Of a DNA stretch of 33,539 bases, positions 1-8,919 are shown in pieces. Numbering within the stretch: position 1 is the stretch's first letter; each line of letters opens with the position of its first letter. The notes under the pieces are model-generated. The model saw nothing but the letters and a program-made list of their open reading frames with translations, did no database searches and was not told the origin of the DNA. The position numbers were made by a program, and so were the translations under genes. Source of the DNA: Thermoflexaceae bacterium (GTDB lineage: Bacteria; Chloroflexota; Dehalococcoidia; Tepidiformales; Tepidiformaceae); the NCBI GenBank assembly GCA_043741475.1, contig JAYUAG010000008.1, positions 1-33,539 on the forward strand, in the 5' to 3' direction.

Positions 1-6
1 CCACGC

Positions 7-1278
7 GTGTTCCTCGCCGCCCTTGCCTTGGTCTGCCTCGGCACGAGCGCTTGTTCGAGCAGCGGCCAGCGGACCGCGACCGTTGCGCTGGCGCCGACGG
101 CCCGATGGGATGGGAGCCTGGCGCCCGCCCCCAGTGGACTCCCGTCGACGCTCCAGCTCGGTATGGCGGACGCGCCGCGTGGCGCCGCGAAGATGACCGC
201 GACGGCGCTGTTCGGGTACCGCTACCAGTACCTGGCGGGCGGCCCGAACGACGGTTGGACCACGTGGGAGGGCGGCACGCTCGTTGCCGACTACATCAGG
301 GAGTCACGAAGGGCGGCAATGACACCCGTGTTCAGCTACTACGTGCTCCTCCAGTCCTCGCCCGGCGAAGGGAGCGAGGCGCAACGGCTTGAGCGGGGGC
401 TGAGCGACACGGCGGTCATGCAAGACTACTTCACGCGCTTGCGCACATTCTTCCAGCAGGCCTCGACCGCAGGCGGGACTGTCGTGCTGCAGGTGGAGCC
501 GGACCTCTGGGGCTACCTCCAACAACGCGCCGGAGACGGGGGCCCCGCAAACATCCCCGCGAAGGTGCGAGCGACGGGCGTGGCCGACCTCGCCGGGCTG
601 CCAGACACGGCCCAGGGCTTCGCCGCCGCGGTGCGGCTGTTGCGCGATCGATACGCCCCGAACGTGCTCCTCGGGTACCACCTGAGCAGCTGGGGCAATG
701 GCCATGACTTCATTTACGGCGACCCTCCCGATGCGACGGTGGAGCGGGCGGCGGCGGACGCGCTCGACTTCTACCTTGGGCTGGGGACGCGCTTCGACCT
801 GGTGTTTGCCGAATTCGCCGACCGCGATGCGGGCTTCAAGCAGGCCCAGGACGGCGACCGCGGCGCCTCCTGGTTCGGGCCGGAGGACTTCCGCCGGCAT
901 ACGCTGTTCGTTTCGCGCTTCGTGCGCGGCTCGGGGCTCCGAGCGGTGCTGTGGCAGATCCCTTATGGGAACACCCGACTACGCACGCTGAACAACACCT
1001 GGGGGCACTACCAGGACAACCGCGTGGAGACGCTGCTCGATCAGCCCGCCCGCGTCCAGTTGCGGCCGTATGTGGACGCCGGCGTGATCGCGCTCCTCTT
1101 CGGCCGCGGCGCGGACGGCGCCACGGACGCGAGCGACGCGGCCAGAGACGGAGTCACCAACCCCGCTGCGATTTCCGGCAACACGGACATCGCGGTGTCC
1201 TCAGACGACGACGGCGGCTACTTCCGTCGCGTGGCCGCCGCGTACTACCGGGACGGCGTCATCTCGCTGCCGCGCTAG
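7..1278 (+). CDS. Secreted or lipoprotein-type protein of unknown function, possibly a TIM-barrel (clan GH-A-like) glycoside hydrolase for polysaccharide processing
   Basis: The ORF ends at TAG 1276-1278 and has strong third-position GC bias. The N-terminus FLAALALVCLGTSAC looks like a signal peptide with a lipobox-like Cys. The frame stays open back to base 1, so the true start may lie upstream of the window. Motifs VLQVEPDLWGY, FAEFADRD and WQIPYGN weakly resemble catalytic strands of (beta/alpha)8 glycosidases, judged by eye only. Confidence 0.7.
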   Translation: MFLAALALVCLGTSACSSSGQRTATVALAPTARWDGSLAPAPSGLPSTLQLGMADAPRGAAKMTATALFGYRYQYLAGGPNDGWTTWEGGTLVADYIRESRRAAMTPVFSYYVLLQSSPGEGSEAQRLERGLSDTAVMQDYFTRLRTFFQQASTAGGTVVLQVEPDLWGYLQQRAGDGGPANIPAKVRATGVADLAGLPDTAQGFAAAVRLLRDRYAPNVLLGYHLSSWGNGHDFIYGDPPDATVERAAADALDFYLGLGTRFDLVFAEFADRDAGFKQAQDGDRGASWFGPEDFRRHTLFVSRFVRGSGLRAVLWQIPYGNTRLRTLNNTWGHYQDNRVETLLDQPARVQLRPYVDAGVIALLFGRGADGATDASDAARDGVTNPAAISGNTDIAVSSDDDGGYFRRVAAAYYRDGVISLPR

Positions 1279-1356
1279 GGCCGGGCCGTTACCGGATTCC
1301 GGCGCCAGTCACCGGCCCTCAATCGTTCCTCCACCGGATTGCAACAGTATCGACCC

Positions 1357-2427
1357 ATGGCAGAAACCATCACCAGGAGTCCCGTCCTCCCCATCGAACG
1401 GAGGCAACGGCCGCGTCTGCGCGTTGCCGTGCTGGGCTACGGCTACTGGGGCCCGAACCTCGCCCGCAACATCGCCCAGGACCAGAGCTGCACCCTGATG
1501 TCGATCGCCGACATCAACCCGGCGCGACTCAAGCAGGCGCGCCTCACCCATCCTCTCGCGCAGCTGACGACCGACTTCCACCGCGTCCTCAACGACCGCG
1601 AAGTGGACGCGGTCTTCATTGCGACGCCCCCGGAGACGCACCACGACCTCGTGATCGCGGCTCTGGAATCAGGCAAACACGTGATGGTAGAAAAGCCACT
1701 GGCGACCAGCGTCGCCGACGCGGAAGAGATGGAACGCGTCGCTCGCGCCTGTGACCGCGTCCTCGCCGTCGACCACACCTTCCTCTTCACGGGCGCAGTG
1801 AAGCGGATGAAGCGCTACTTCGATGAAGGCGCGGTCGGCGAGGTCTACTACTACGACTCGACGCGCATCAACCTTGGCCTCTTCAACCACCAGTCGAACG
1901 TGATCTGGGACCTGGCCCCCCACGACATCTCGATCATGAGTCACCTGCTCGGGCGAAAGGTGCGAACCGTGAGCGCGATGGGCGCCCGCCACGTAGACGC
2001 GGCCGTCGAGAACATTGCCTATCTGACGCTGCAGTTTGAGGGTCCGCTCCTCGCGCACTTCCACGTCAACTGGCTCGCCCCCGTGAAGGTGCGCCGGACG
2101 ATCATCGGCGGCAGCCAGAAGATGCTCGTCTACGACGACGCGGAAGCAGACGACAAGCTCAAGGTTTACGACAGCGGGGCGCGGCTCGCGACATCCCAAG
2201 AAGATATCTACCGCACGCTCGTGGAGTACCGCACGGGCGATGTCCTCATCCCCAGGCTCGAAAAAGCCGAAGCCCTCGCGGCAGAGACGGCCCACTTCGC
2301 GGCGGTGATCCGCGGCGAAGAAGAGCTGATCTCCGGGGCGGCGCTCGGCGTCGAGGTCGTCCGCATCATCTCAGCCGCACAGGAATCGCTGCTGCGCGGC
2401 GGCATTCCCGTGGAGGTGGCAGCGTGA
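1357..2427 (+). CDS. Gfo/Idh/MocA-family NAD(P)-dependent sugar oxidoreductase (WbpB/GnnA-like)
   Basis: It has the N-terminal Rossmann motif RVAVLGYGYWGPNLARN and the motif VMVEKPLA typical of this family. The track ORF starts at TTG 1339; I prefer the in-frame ATG at 1357. The stop overlaps the next start (GTGA at 2424-2427). Confidence 0.88.
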   Translation: MAETITRSPVLPIERRQRPRLRVAVLGYGYWGPNLARNIAQDQSCTLMSIADINPARLKQARLTHPLAQLTTDFHRVLNDREVDAVFIATPPETHHDLVIAALESGKHVMVEKPLATSVADAEEMERVARACDRVLAVDHTFLFTGAVKRMKRYFDEGAVGEVYYYDSTRINLGLFNHQSNVIWDLAPHDISIMSHLLGRKVRTVSAMGARHVDAAVENIAYLTLQFEGPLLAHFHVNWLAPVKVRRTIIGGSQKMLVYDDAEADDKLKVYDSGARLATSQEDIYRTLVEYRTGDVLIPRLEKAEALAAETAHFAAVIRGEEELISGAALGVEVVRIISAAQESLLRGGIPVEVAA

Positions 2428-3569
2428 ACATCCCCTTCGTCGATATGGCCCGGCTCCACGGCGGCCTGCGGCCGGAGCTGCTCGACGCCTTCGCGCGCGT
2501 GCTCGATTCCGGCGCCTACGTGCAGAGCAGCGAAGTAGCCTCATTCGAGCGCGAGTTCGCCGCCAGCACCGGCGCGCGCCATGCACTCGCGGTCAGCAAT
2601 GGGACCACCGCGCTTCACCTCGCCCTCCTCGCCTGCGGCGTCCGCCCCGGCGACGAGGTGATCACCGTGGCGAACACCTTCATCGCGACGGTTGAGGCGA
2701 TCATGATGACGGGCGCGACGCCGATCTTCGTCGATGTCGACCCGGAGACGATGTTGATGGACCCGGTCGAGGTCGAGCGGTGCATCACGCACCGCACGCG
2801 CGTCATTCTCCCCGTCCACCTCTACGGGCGCGTCTGCGACATGGACGCACTCACGGCCATCGCCCACCGCCACGGCCTGTACGTGGTAGAGGACGCCTGC
2901 CAGGCCCACGGCGCGACGCTCAACGGCCGGCAGGCCGGAACGATGGGCGACCTCGGCTGCCTGAGCTTCTACCCCACGAAGAACCTGGGCACGGTTGGCG
3001 AAGGCGGCGCCGTCCTCACGAACGAACCAGCGCTGGCGGCGCGCGTCGAGAGCCTTCGCAACCACGGCCAGTCGGCGAAGAACGTCCACACCGAGCCCGG
3101 CTACAACTACCGCATGCCGGAGCTGCAGGCGGCGGCCCTGCGCGTGCTCCTGCCCCACCTTGAGGCGTGGAACCGTTCACGCGTCGCCGCGGCCGGATGG
3201 TACGCGCGCGGACTCTCTAACCTCGACATCGAGGAGTGCGCGCCCGCGCCGTCTGGCAGCCACGTCTACCACCTCTACGTCGTGCGAAGCGGCGAGCGCG
3301 CCGAACTGCAGCGCTTCCTCGCCCAGAAGGGCATCGGCACCGCCATCCACTACCCGACGCCCATCCACATGCAGCCCGCCTACGTCACCCTCGGCATGGG
3401 CCGCGGCAACCTGCCGCGGACCGAGCACGCCGTGGACCGGATCCTCTCGCTGCCAATGCACCCATCCATCACAGAAGAAGAAGTCGTCGCCGTCTGTACG
3501 GCGATACGAGAATTCGAACGGTCGCGCGCGAGCGCGCCGGTCGCCATGGCCGTTGGAGGCGCCTCATGA
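2424..3569 (+). CDS. DegT/DnrJ/EryC1/StrS-family PLP-dependent sugar aminotransferase (WbpE/GnnB-like by context)
   Basis: Motifs are SNGTTALHLAL, DEVITVANTFIAT and the catalytic-Lys context LSFYPTKNLGTVGEGGAV. A GTG start follows the Shine-Dalgarno sequence GGAGGTG at 2411-2417. It sits directly after the oxidoreductase. Confidence 0.92.
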   Translation: MNIPFVDMARLHGGLRPELLDAFARVLDSGAYVQSSEVASFEREFAASTGARHALAVSNGTTALHLALLACGVRPGDEVITVANTFIATVEAIMMTGATPIFVDVDPETMLMDPVEVERCITHRTRVILPVHLYGRVCDMDALTAIAHRHGLYVVEDACQAHGATLNGRQAGTMGDLGCLSFYPTKNLGTVGEGGAVLTNEPALAARVESLRNHGQSAKNVHTEPGYNYRMPELQAAALRVLLPHLEAWNRSRVAAAGWYARGLSNLDIEECAPAPSGSHVYHLYVVRSGERAELQRFLAQKGIGTAIHYPTPIHMQPAYVTLGMGRGNLPRTEHAVDRILSLPMHPSITEEEVVAVCTAIREFERSRASAPVAMAVGGAS

Positions 3570-4552
3570 ACGATCTTCGCGACAGCCGCGTGCTGATCAC
3601 CGGTGGCGCAGGCCTCGTAGGCTCCCACATCGCCGACCGGCTCGCCCTGGAAGATGTGGCCGAGGTCGTCGTCCTGGACAATTTCGTCCGCGGACGGATG
3701 GAGAACCTCGGCTCGGCCCAGGGGGTGCTACGCAAGCTGACCGTGATCGACGGCGATATCACCGACCCCAACACCGTGCGTGAGGCGATGGCCGGAATTG
3801 ACTTCGTCTTCCACCAGGCGGCGTTGCGCATCACCCAGTGCGCGGAGATGCCACGGACGGCCGTCGACAGCCTCGTCGGCGGGGCCTTCAACGTGCTCGA
3901 AGCGGCGGTCGAAGCGGGCGTGAAGAAGGTGGTCGCCGCCTCCAGCGCCTCCGTCTACGGCGAGGCCTCGTATGTGCCGATGGACGAGGGTCACCCCTTC
4001 AACAACCGCACGCTCTATGGCGCCTGCAAGATCGCAGACGAGCAGATTTTGCGCAGCTTCAACGACATGTACGGGCTGCCCTATGTGGCCCTGCGCTACT
4101 TCAACGTCTACGGGCCGAGGATGGACGCCTACGGCGTTTACACCGAGGTAATGATCCGCTGGCTCGAACGACTGAGCCGCAACGAGGCCCCCGTCATCTT
4201 CGGCGACGGCATGCAGACGATGGACTTCGTCTTCATCGAAGACGTTGCCGAGGCGAACGTGGGGGCGATGGTCTCAGATGCGAGCGATGACGTGTTCAAC
4301 GTCGCCACGGGCGTCGAGACGAGCCTCCGGCAGCTCTGCACGATGCTCTGCGCGGCCATGGGCCGGCCCTGGATCACGCCTGTGTTCGAACCAGTGCGCA
4401 AGGTGAACCCGGTCACGCGGCGTCTCGCGGCGGTCGAACACGCGCGCAGGGGGATCGGTTTCGTCGCCGGCACACCGCTGGACGAAGGACTGCGGCATCT
4501 GGCCCGCTGGTATGCGCGGCTGCCGAAGGGCGAACTGGCGGTGGCGCGATGA
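3566..4552 (+). CDS. NAD-dependent epimerase/dehydratase (extended SDR family)
   Basis: It carries the NAD-binding motif VLITGGAGLVGSH and the YxxxK motif YGACK. ATG 3566 forms an ATGA overlap with the upstream stop. The first 110 codons of the 438-aa track ORF are Arg/Pro-rich out-of-frame overlap with the previous gene and are not credible. Confidence 0.9.
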   Translation: MNDLRDSRVLITGGAGLVGSHIADRLALEDVAEVVVLDNFVRGRMENLGSAQGVLRKLTVIDGDITDPNTVREAMAGIDFVFHQAALRITQCAEMPRTAVDSLVGGAFNVLEAAVEAGVKKVVAASSASVYGEASYVPMDEGHPFNNRTLYGACKIADEQILRSFNDMYGLPYVALRYFNVYGPRMDAYGVYTEVMIRWLERLSRNEAPVIFGDGMQTMDFVFIEDVAEANVGAMVSDASDDVFNVATGVETSLRQLCTMLCAAMGRPWITPVFEPVRKVNPVTRRLAAVEHARRGIGFVAGTPLDEGLRHLARWYARLPKGELAVAR

Positions 4553-5670
4553 GTATCCCGATTACGCGTCCCTGCATCGGCCAGGAGGAGGCGGACGCGG
4601 CTTCGCAGGCGATCCTCTCCGGCTGGCTGAGCCAGGGCGAACGCGTCGCTGAGTTCGAGCGGGCGATCGCCGCCTACACCGGCGCGAAACACGCAATCGC
4701 GACCAGCAACTGCACCACCGCCCTCCATCTCGCCCTGCTCGCGGCCGGGGTCGGCGCTGGCGACGAGGTGATCTGCCCTTCGTTCAGCTTCATCGCCACG
4801 GCGAACGCAATCGTCCATGCGGGCGCGACGCCGGTCTTCGTCGACATCGACCCGGCCACCTACAACATCGACGCCGACCTGATCGAGGAGGCGATCTCGC
4901 CGCGCACGCGCGCCATCGTGCCGGTGGACCAGATCGGGCTCGCGGCGGACATCCCGGCGGTGCACGAGATCGCGCGGCGCTTCGGGCTGAAAGTGGTTGA
5001 GGACGCGGCGCCGTCGCTTGGTGCGACCGTCGGCGAGGCTCGAGTGGGTGCGCTGTCGGACTTCACTTGCTTCAGTTTCCATCCGCGCAAGAGCATCACG
5101 ACGGGCGAGGGCGGGATGATCACGACCGACGACGATGCGGCGGCGCAACGGTTGCGGGTGCTGCGGTCGCACGGCGCCTCGACCTCGGACCTGGAGCGAC
5201 ACCGTTCGGGGTCGACGGCGATCGAGGAGTACGACGAACTCGGGTTCAACTACCGGATGACGGACATCCAGGCGGCGATCGGTCTGGTCCAGCTGGGGAA
5301 GCTTGAGGGGATCCTCGAAGCGCGGGGGCGGTTGGCGCGACGCTACGGCTCGTTGCTTGGAGGCGAGCGGCGGCTGGAGGCGCCGGCCGCGCCCGCGGGC
5401 AGGCGGCACACCTACCAGTCTTACTGCGTCCGCCTCCGCAACACGCGGCCGCGGGCACAGATCATGGCCGAGCTGGCGGACCAGGGAATTGCCACGCGGC
5501 GCGGCGTGATGGCGATCCACCTGGAGCCCTATTACCGGAGGCGCTACCCGGCGCTTTCGCTACCGGTGACGGAGGAGGCAACGGCGCACACGCTGCTGCT
5601 CCCCCTGTTCGCGGGGATGACCTGCGCCGAACAAGACATGGTGGTGGATGCGCTGGTTGGGGCCTTGTGA
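4549..5670 (+). CDS. DegT/DnrJ/EryC1/StrS-family PLP-dependent sugar aminotransferase (second copy)
   Basis: Motifs are SNCTTALHLAL, DEVICPSFSFIAT and FSFHPRKSITTGEGGM (catalytic Lys). There is an ATGA overlap with the SDR gene at 4549-4552. Confidence 0.92.
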   Translation: MSIPITRPCIGQEEADAASQAILSGWLSQGERVAEFERAIAAYTGAKHAIATSNCTTALHLALLAAGVGAGDEVICPSFSFIATANAIVHAGATPVFVDIDPATYNIDADLIEEAISPRTRAIVPVDQIGLAADIPAVHEIARRFGLKVVEDAAPSLGATVGEARVGALSDFTCFSFHPRKSITTGEGGMITTDDDAAAQRLRVLRSHGASTSDLERHRSGSTAIEEYDELGFNYRMTDIQAAIGLVQLGKLEGILEARGRLARRYGSLLGGERRLEAPAAPAGRRHTYQSYCVRLRNTRPRAQIMAELADQGIATRRGVMAIHLEPYYRRRYPALSLPVTEEATAHTLLLPLFAGMTCAEQDMVVDALVGAL

Positions 5671-6557
5671 CGATGCCAGGGACGGGTGAAGACGTACGGA
5701 GCGCGGTTAACCAACCGGGGGCGACGGGCGTTGACCCAAGAGCGGGGAGGAATCGGGCAGCGAAGGCCTTGATCAAGCAGGCAGTGCGGCGCGCTGGACT
5801 GACGCGCAACCGCGTCGTCGCGGCGCGCCTCTGTTGTGAACGCAATCTCCTTTCGCGTGTGGGCCCAAGACATCCCGCTCGCAGCCGGATTCTTGCCTAT
5901 CACTCCGTCGGCACCCCGCTGTGGGGCGTAAACGATGTCGACCCCGCACGTTTTCGGCGCCACCTTGAGGTAGCCTTGGACCAGGGCTACCGTTTCGTCC
6001 CCGCGGACCTGATAGCGGCGGAGGGCGGAGCCGAACCGCGGTTGGCGATCACCTTCGACGATGGTCTCGCCAGCGTGGCCCAGAACGCGGCGCCCATCCT
6101 TTCGGAGATGGGTATCCCCTGGACGCTCTTCGTCGTGACCGACTGGGCGGACGGCAGCCACCAGTTTGGCGACGGCGTCATGCTTGGCTGGAGCGGAATC
6201 GAGGCGCTCGCGGCGGGCGGTGCGACAATCGCGAGCCACTCAGTAACGCATCCGAACTTCGCACACATCGGGCTGGAACAGGTCGAACAAGAGCTTGTGG
6301 AGTCGCGGCTCGTGATCGCGAGCCGGATCGGCGTGAATCCGACCGCCTTCGCGATACCGTACGGACAGTCTCGCGACTGGACTCAGGAAGCGCAGGAGGC
6401 GGCGGAGCGGGCTGGCTACCGGACGGTCTATGCGCAGTCCGAGGAGCCGCGGGCGGCGGGCACGGTGCCACGGACGTTCATTTCGCGATTCGACACGGAT
6501 CGCGTCTTCCGTGGGGCGCTGCAGGGTTCGTTCGACGGGTGGGAAGAGTGGTACTAA
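5667..6557 (+). CDS. Polysaccharide deacetylase (NodB homology / CE4) family protein, apparently cytoplasmic
   Basis: It has the NodB motif 1 ITFDDG and motif 2 HSVTH (SHSVTHP). No signal peptide or TM helix is visible in the ~75-aa N-terminal extension. The GTG 5667 start overlaps the upstream stop (GTGA); the in-frame ATG at 5673 is an alternative. The stop is TAA 6555-6557. Confidence 0.85.
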   Translation: MTMPGTGEDVRSAVNQPGATGVDPRAGRNRAAKALIKQAVRRAGLTRNRVVAARLCCERNLLSRVGPRHPARSRILAYHSVGTPLWGVNDVDPARFRRHLEVALDQGYRFVPADLIAAEGGAEPRLAITFDDGLASVAQNAAPILSEMGIPWTLFVVTDWADGSHQFGDGVMLGWSGIEALAAGGATIASHSVTHPNFAHIGLEQVEQELVESRLVIASRIGVNPTAFAIPYGQSRDWTQEAQEAAERAGYRTVYAQSEEPRAAGTVPRTFISRFDTDRVFRGALQGSFDGWEEWY

Positions 6558-7807
6558 CCGAGTTCCGCGTCCCGAGTTCCGAGTTCCGAGGCTGAGCCGG
6601 GCCGTGGGTCAGGTGGGCTGCTGGCCCGGAGGCGGACCGGGAGCTGGCCGGCGCGGGCGGTTGCGTAGACTTCGAGCAGATCGCGGGCCACACGTCCGAC
6701 CGAATAGTGGTCGCGGACGTGACCTTCCGCGGCGGCGCCCAGCCGCGCCCGGAGGGCGCTATCTTCGACGAGCGCCGTGAGCGCTCGGCTGAGCCCGGCG
6801 GGGTCATCCGGTGGCGGCGTCAGGCCGGTTTCCCCGTCGATGACCGCCTCTTCCGGGCCGCCGAACGTGATGACGGGCGGCAGGCCGCGAGCCATAGCCT
6901 CGAGGAGCGCGATCGACATGGAACCAGCGGGGACTGCGAGGGCGAAGATGTCCATTGCCGCCAAGTATGGGCCCGGATCGGGCTGATGGCCGGCGAAGAG
7001 CACGGCGTCCGCAATCCCGGCGTTCCTGGCGCGCGCCGCGAGTAACTGCCGCAGCGGGCCGTCGCCGACCAGCAGCAGGCGGCGGCGCTGGGGTCCTCGC
7101 ATCAGCGCGAAGGCGTCGATCAGTGTTTCGAGTCCCTTGCCGTCGGCCAGACGCACAAGGCTGCCAACGACCACGTCGCAGGGGCTGAGCCGGAGACTGT
7201 CACGGGTGATCGCACGGTCGTGCAGGCGGTCGGCTGTCGAACCGGAGGGCAGGGGGACGCCATTGAGCACGACCGCGAAGTTGCGGGAGTGGATGCCTAG
7301 CCGTTGTTCGCGGAGCGCGGCGTTTCGCCGGGAGACGGCCACAACCGCGTGCGCAGTGCGGTCGAGGAGCTGCCGTGCCGCGCGCTCGACGCAGCCGGGA
7401 CGCTGGCGGGGCAGATCGTGCTCCGTGACCACAACGGCGGCGCGCGTTGAGAGGCGGGCGAGAGCGACGAGCGCCAGCCCGCCGGTGGCGCCGCCGGTAT
7501 GGAGATGGACTGCGTCGGGGCGGAAACGCCGGAGGCGAGCGCGCAGTTGGCGCAGTTGCCGCAGCTGGGCCAATCGGCCGTTTCGGGCGTCGGTATCGAG
7601 GCGGACCACTTCCGCACCAGCGCGGACGATCCGCGCGCAGACCTCGTCGAACGCAGCAGCGGCGGGGACGACGGCGAGGACGGGCTTGCCGCGCCGCACG
7701 TATTCCGCGGCCAGGTCGATGACGTGCGTTTCCATGCCCCCGACGGCGGTGGACTGGAGTGCGAGGACGATCCTCTCGATCTCAACTTGAACCGCCACGG
7801 CTTTCAC
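6554..7807 (-). CDS. Glycosyltransferase family 4 (GT-B fold, GT1 superfamily)
   Basis: Typical GT4 layout: ALQSTAVGGMETHVIDLA near the N-terminus, LLLVGDGP, and an EX7E-like region (AVPAGSMSIALLEAMARGLPPV). I chose GTG 7807, which gives a GTGA overlap with the upstream stop. The longer 514-aa track ORF has an Arg-rich, non-credible N-terminus. A low-complexity tail of ~35 aa runs into the convergent gene. Confidence 0.85.
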   Translation of the reverse strand: MKAVAVQVEIERIVLALQSTAVGGMETHVIDLAAEYVRRGKPVLAVVPAAAAFDEVCARIVRAGAEVVRLDTDARNGRLAQLRQLRQLRARLRRFRPDAVHLHTGGATGGLALVALARLSTRAAVVVTEHDLPRQRPGCVERAARQLLDRTAHAVVAVSRRNAALREQRLGIHSRNFAVVLNGVPLPSGSTADRLHDRAITRDSLRLSPCDVVVGSLVRLADGKGLETLIDAFALMRGPQRRRLLLVGDGPLRQLLAARARNAGIADAVLFAGHQPDPGPYLAAMDIFALAVPAGSMSIALLEAMARGLPPVITFGGPEEAVIDGETGLTPPPDDPAGLSRALTALVEDSALRARLGAAAEGHVRDHYSVGRVARDLLEVYATARAGQLPVRLRASSPPDPRPGSASELGTRDAELG

Positions 7808-8919
7808 CTCGCTCCGCGTGCTCGCTCGAGTTCTTCGAGCATAAGGTCGACCAGTCGAGCATCGTTTGTGCGCCCGTCGAATCGCTGTTCGGCGACGCAA
7901 CGGGCGGTCCGGCCCATGGCCGCAAGGCGGGGCCGGTCGTCGAGCGCAGCTTGAAGCGCGGCTGCGACGCCCGCCAGGGTGGGTTCGACGAGCCAACCCG
8001 TTAGGCCGTGGTCGACCACGTCCCCGGTGCCGCCGACTTCGCCCACGATCGCGGGCAGGCCGCTGGCGAACGCCTCCACGGTCGCGATGCCGAAGCATTC
8101 GGCGCGGCTGGGAAGGGCGAAGAGGTCGGCCTCGGCGTAGAGAGAGCGAAGCGCGTCGGAGTTCGCCTCGGCACGGTGGACACGGACGCCGCGCCCTGAT
8201 TCGAGAGCGTCGCGGGTGACGACATCGAGTTCGACCCTGCCCGCGAAGGGACCGCGCACCAGGTCAACGAGCAGATCGCCACCCTTGCGGTAGAGGTCGC
8301 CGCCAACGAAGAGCAGACGCAACGGGCGCTCGCCGGACGGCCGTCGGTCGGCGGGATGCCAGGCTTCGAGGTCGACGCCTGGCGGGATGACGGCGATACG
8401 TTCCGGCGGAACGCCAGCTGCCTCCAGGTGTCCAGCGGCCCAGCGAGACATGGCGACGAGGCGGGCGGCTCGGCGGAAGACGGCACGTTCACGCCAGCGG
8501 GCGAATCGCAGCGCAGCGCCGCGGCGCGGTGGCCGATGTAGATAGATTTCCGCCCATGCTTCCTGGGCGTCGACCGTCCAGTCCGTCTCGACCACGAGGG
8601 GCAGCTTGAAGGGGCCCGTAAAGGCCCAGAGATACGGGGGCACGAGTTCGGGCGCGGAGGTCCAGACGATGTCGGGCCGGGGGAACGCGGCGAGGGGGCG
8701 ACTCTGGAGCGTCGCGCGCACGCGGCCTGCGACTCCCGCCGGGAGAGGCAAACGCTCGACCAGGCCGCCAGCGTTCCAGCCGGTGACACGGTGGAAGGCC
8801 GGGTCGAGGCGGCCGTCGGCGCGGACGTTCACTTCCAGGCTCATCTGGCGCGTGTTCCAGCCGGCGAAGGTGACACCGACGAAGGCGGCGCGCGGGACAC
8901 GGCTCCTGGTGGCAGTCAT
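7804..8919 (-). CDS. Glycosyltransferase family 4
   Basis: The C-terminal GT-B domain carries LLFVGGDLYRKGGDLL and SRAECFGIATVEAFASGLPAIV (EX7E region). ATG 8919 forms an ATGA overlap with the upstream GT2 stop. It is a paralog of the 11314-12360 gene. Confidence 0.85.
   Translation of the reverse strand: MTATRSRVPRAAFVGVTFAGWNTRQMSLEVNVRADGRLDPAFHRVTGWNAGGLVERLPLPAGVAGRVRATLQSRPLAAFPRPDIVWTSAPELVPPYLWAFTGPFKLPLVVETDWTVDAQEAWAEIYLHRPPRRGAALRFARWRERAVFRRAARLVAMSRWAAGHLEAAGVPPERIAVIPPGVDLEAWHPADRRPSGERPLRLLFVGGDLYRKGGDLLVDLVRGPFAGRVELDVVTRDALESGRGVRVHRAEANSDALRSLYAEADLFALPSRAECFGIATVEAFASGLPAIVGEVGGTGDVVDHGLTGWLVEPTLAGVAAALQAALDDRPRLAAMGRTARCVAEQRFDGRTNDARLVDLMLEELERARGAR

Noticed and set aside
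951-1754. A 267-aa plus-strand ORF bridging the first two genes.
   Set aside because: It is out of frame with both neighbouring genes and extremely Arg/Pro/Gly-rich, and it crosses the intergenic gap. It is a shadow ORF.
4138-5520. A 460-aa minus-strand ORF.
   Set aside because: It is antisense to the SDR and second DegT genes, Arg/Pro-rich and without recognisable motifs. The plus-strand frames carry unambiguous PLP-aminotransferase and SDR motifs.
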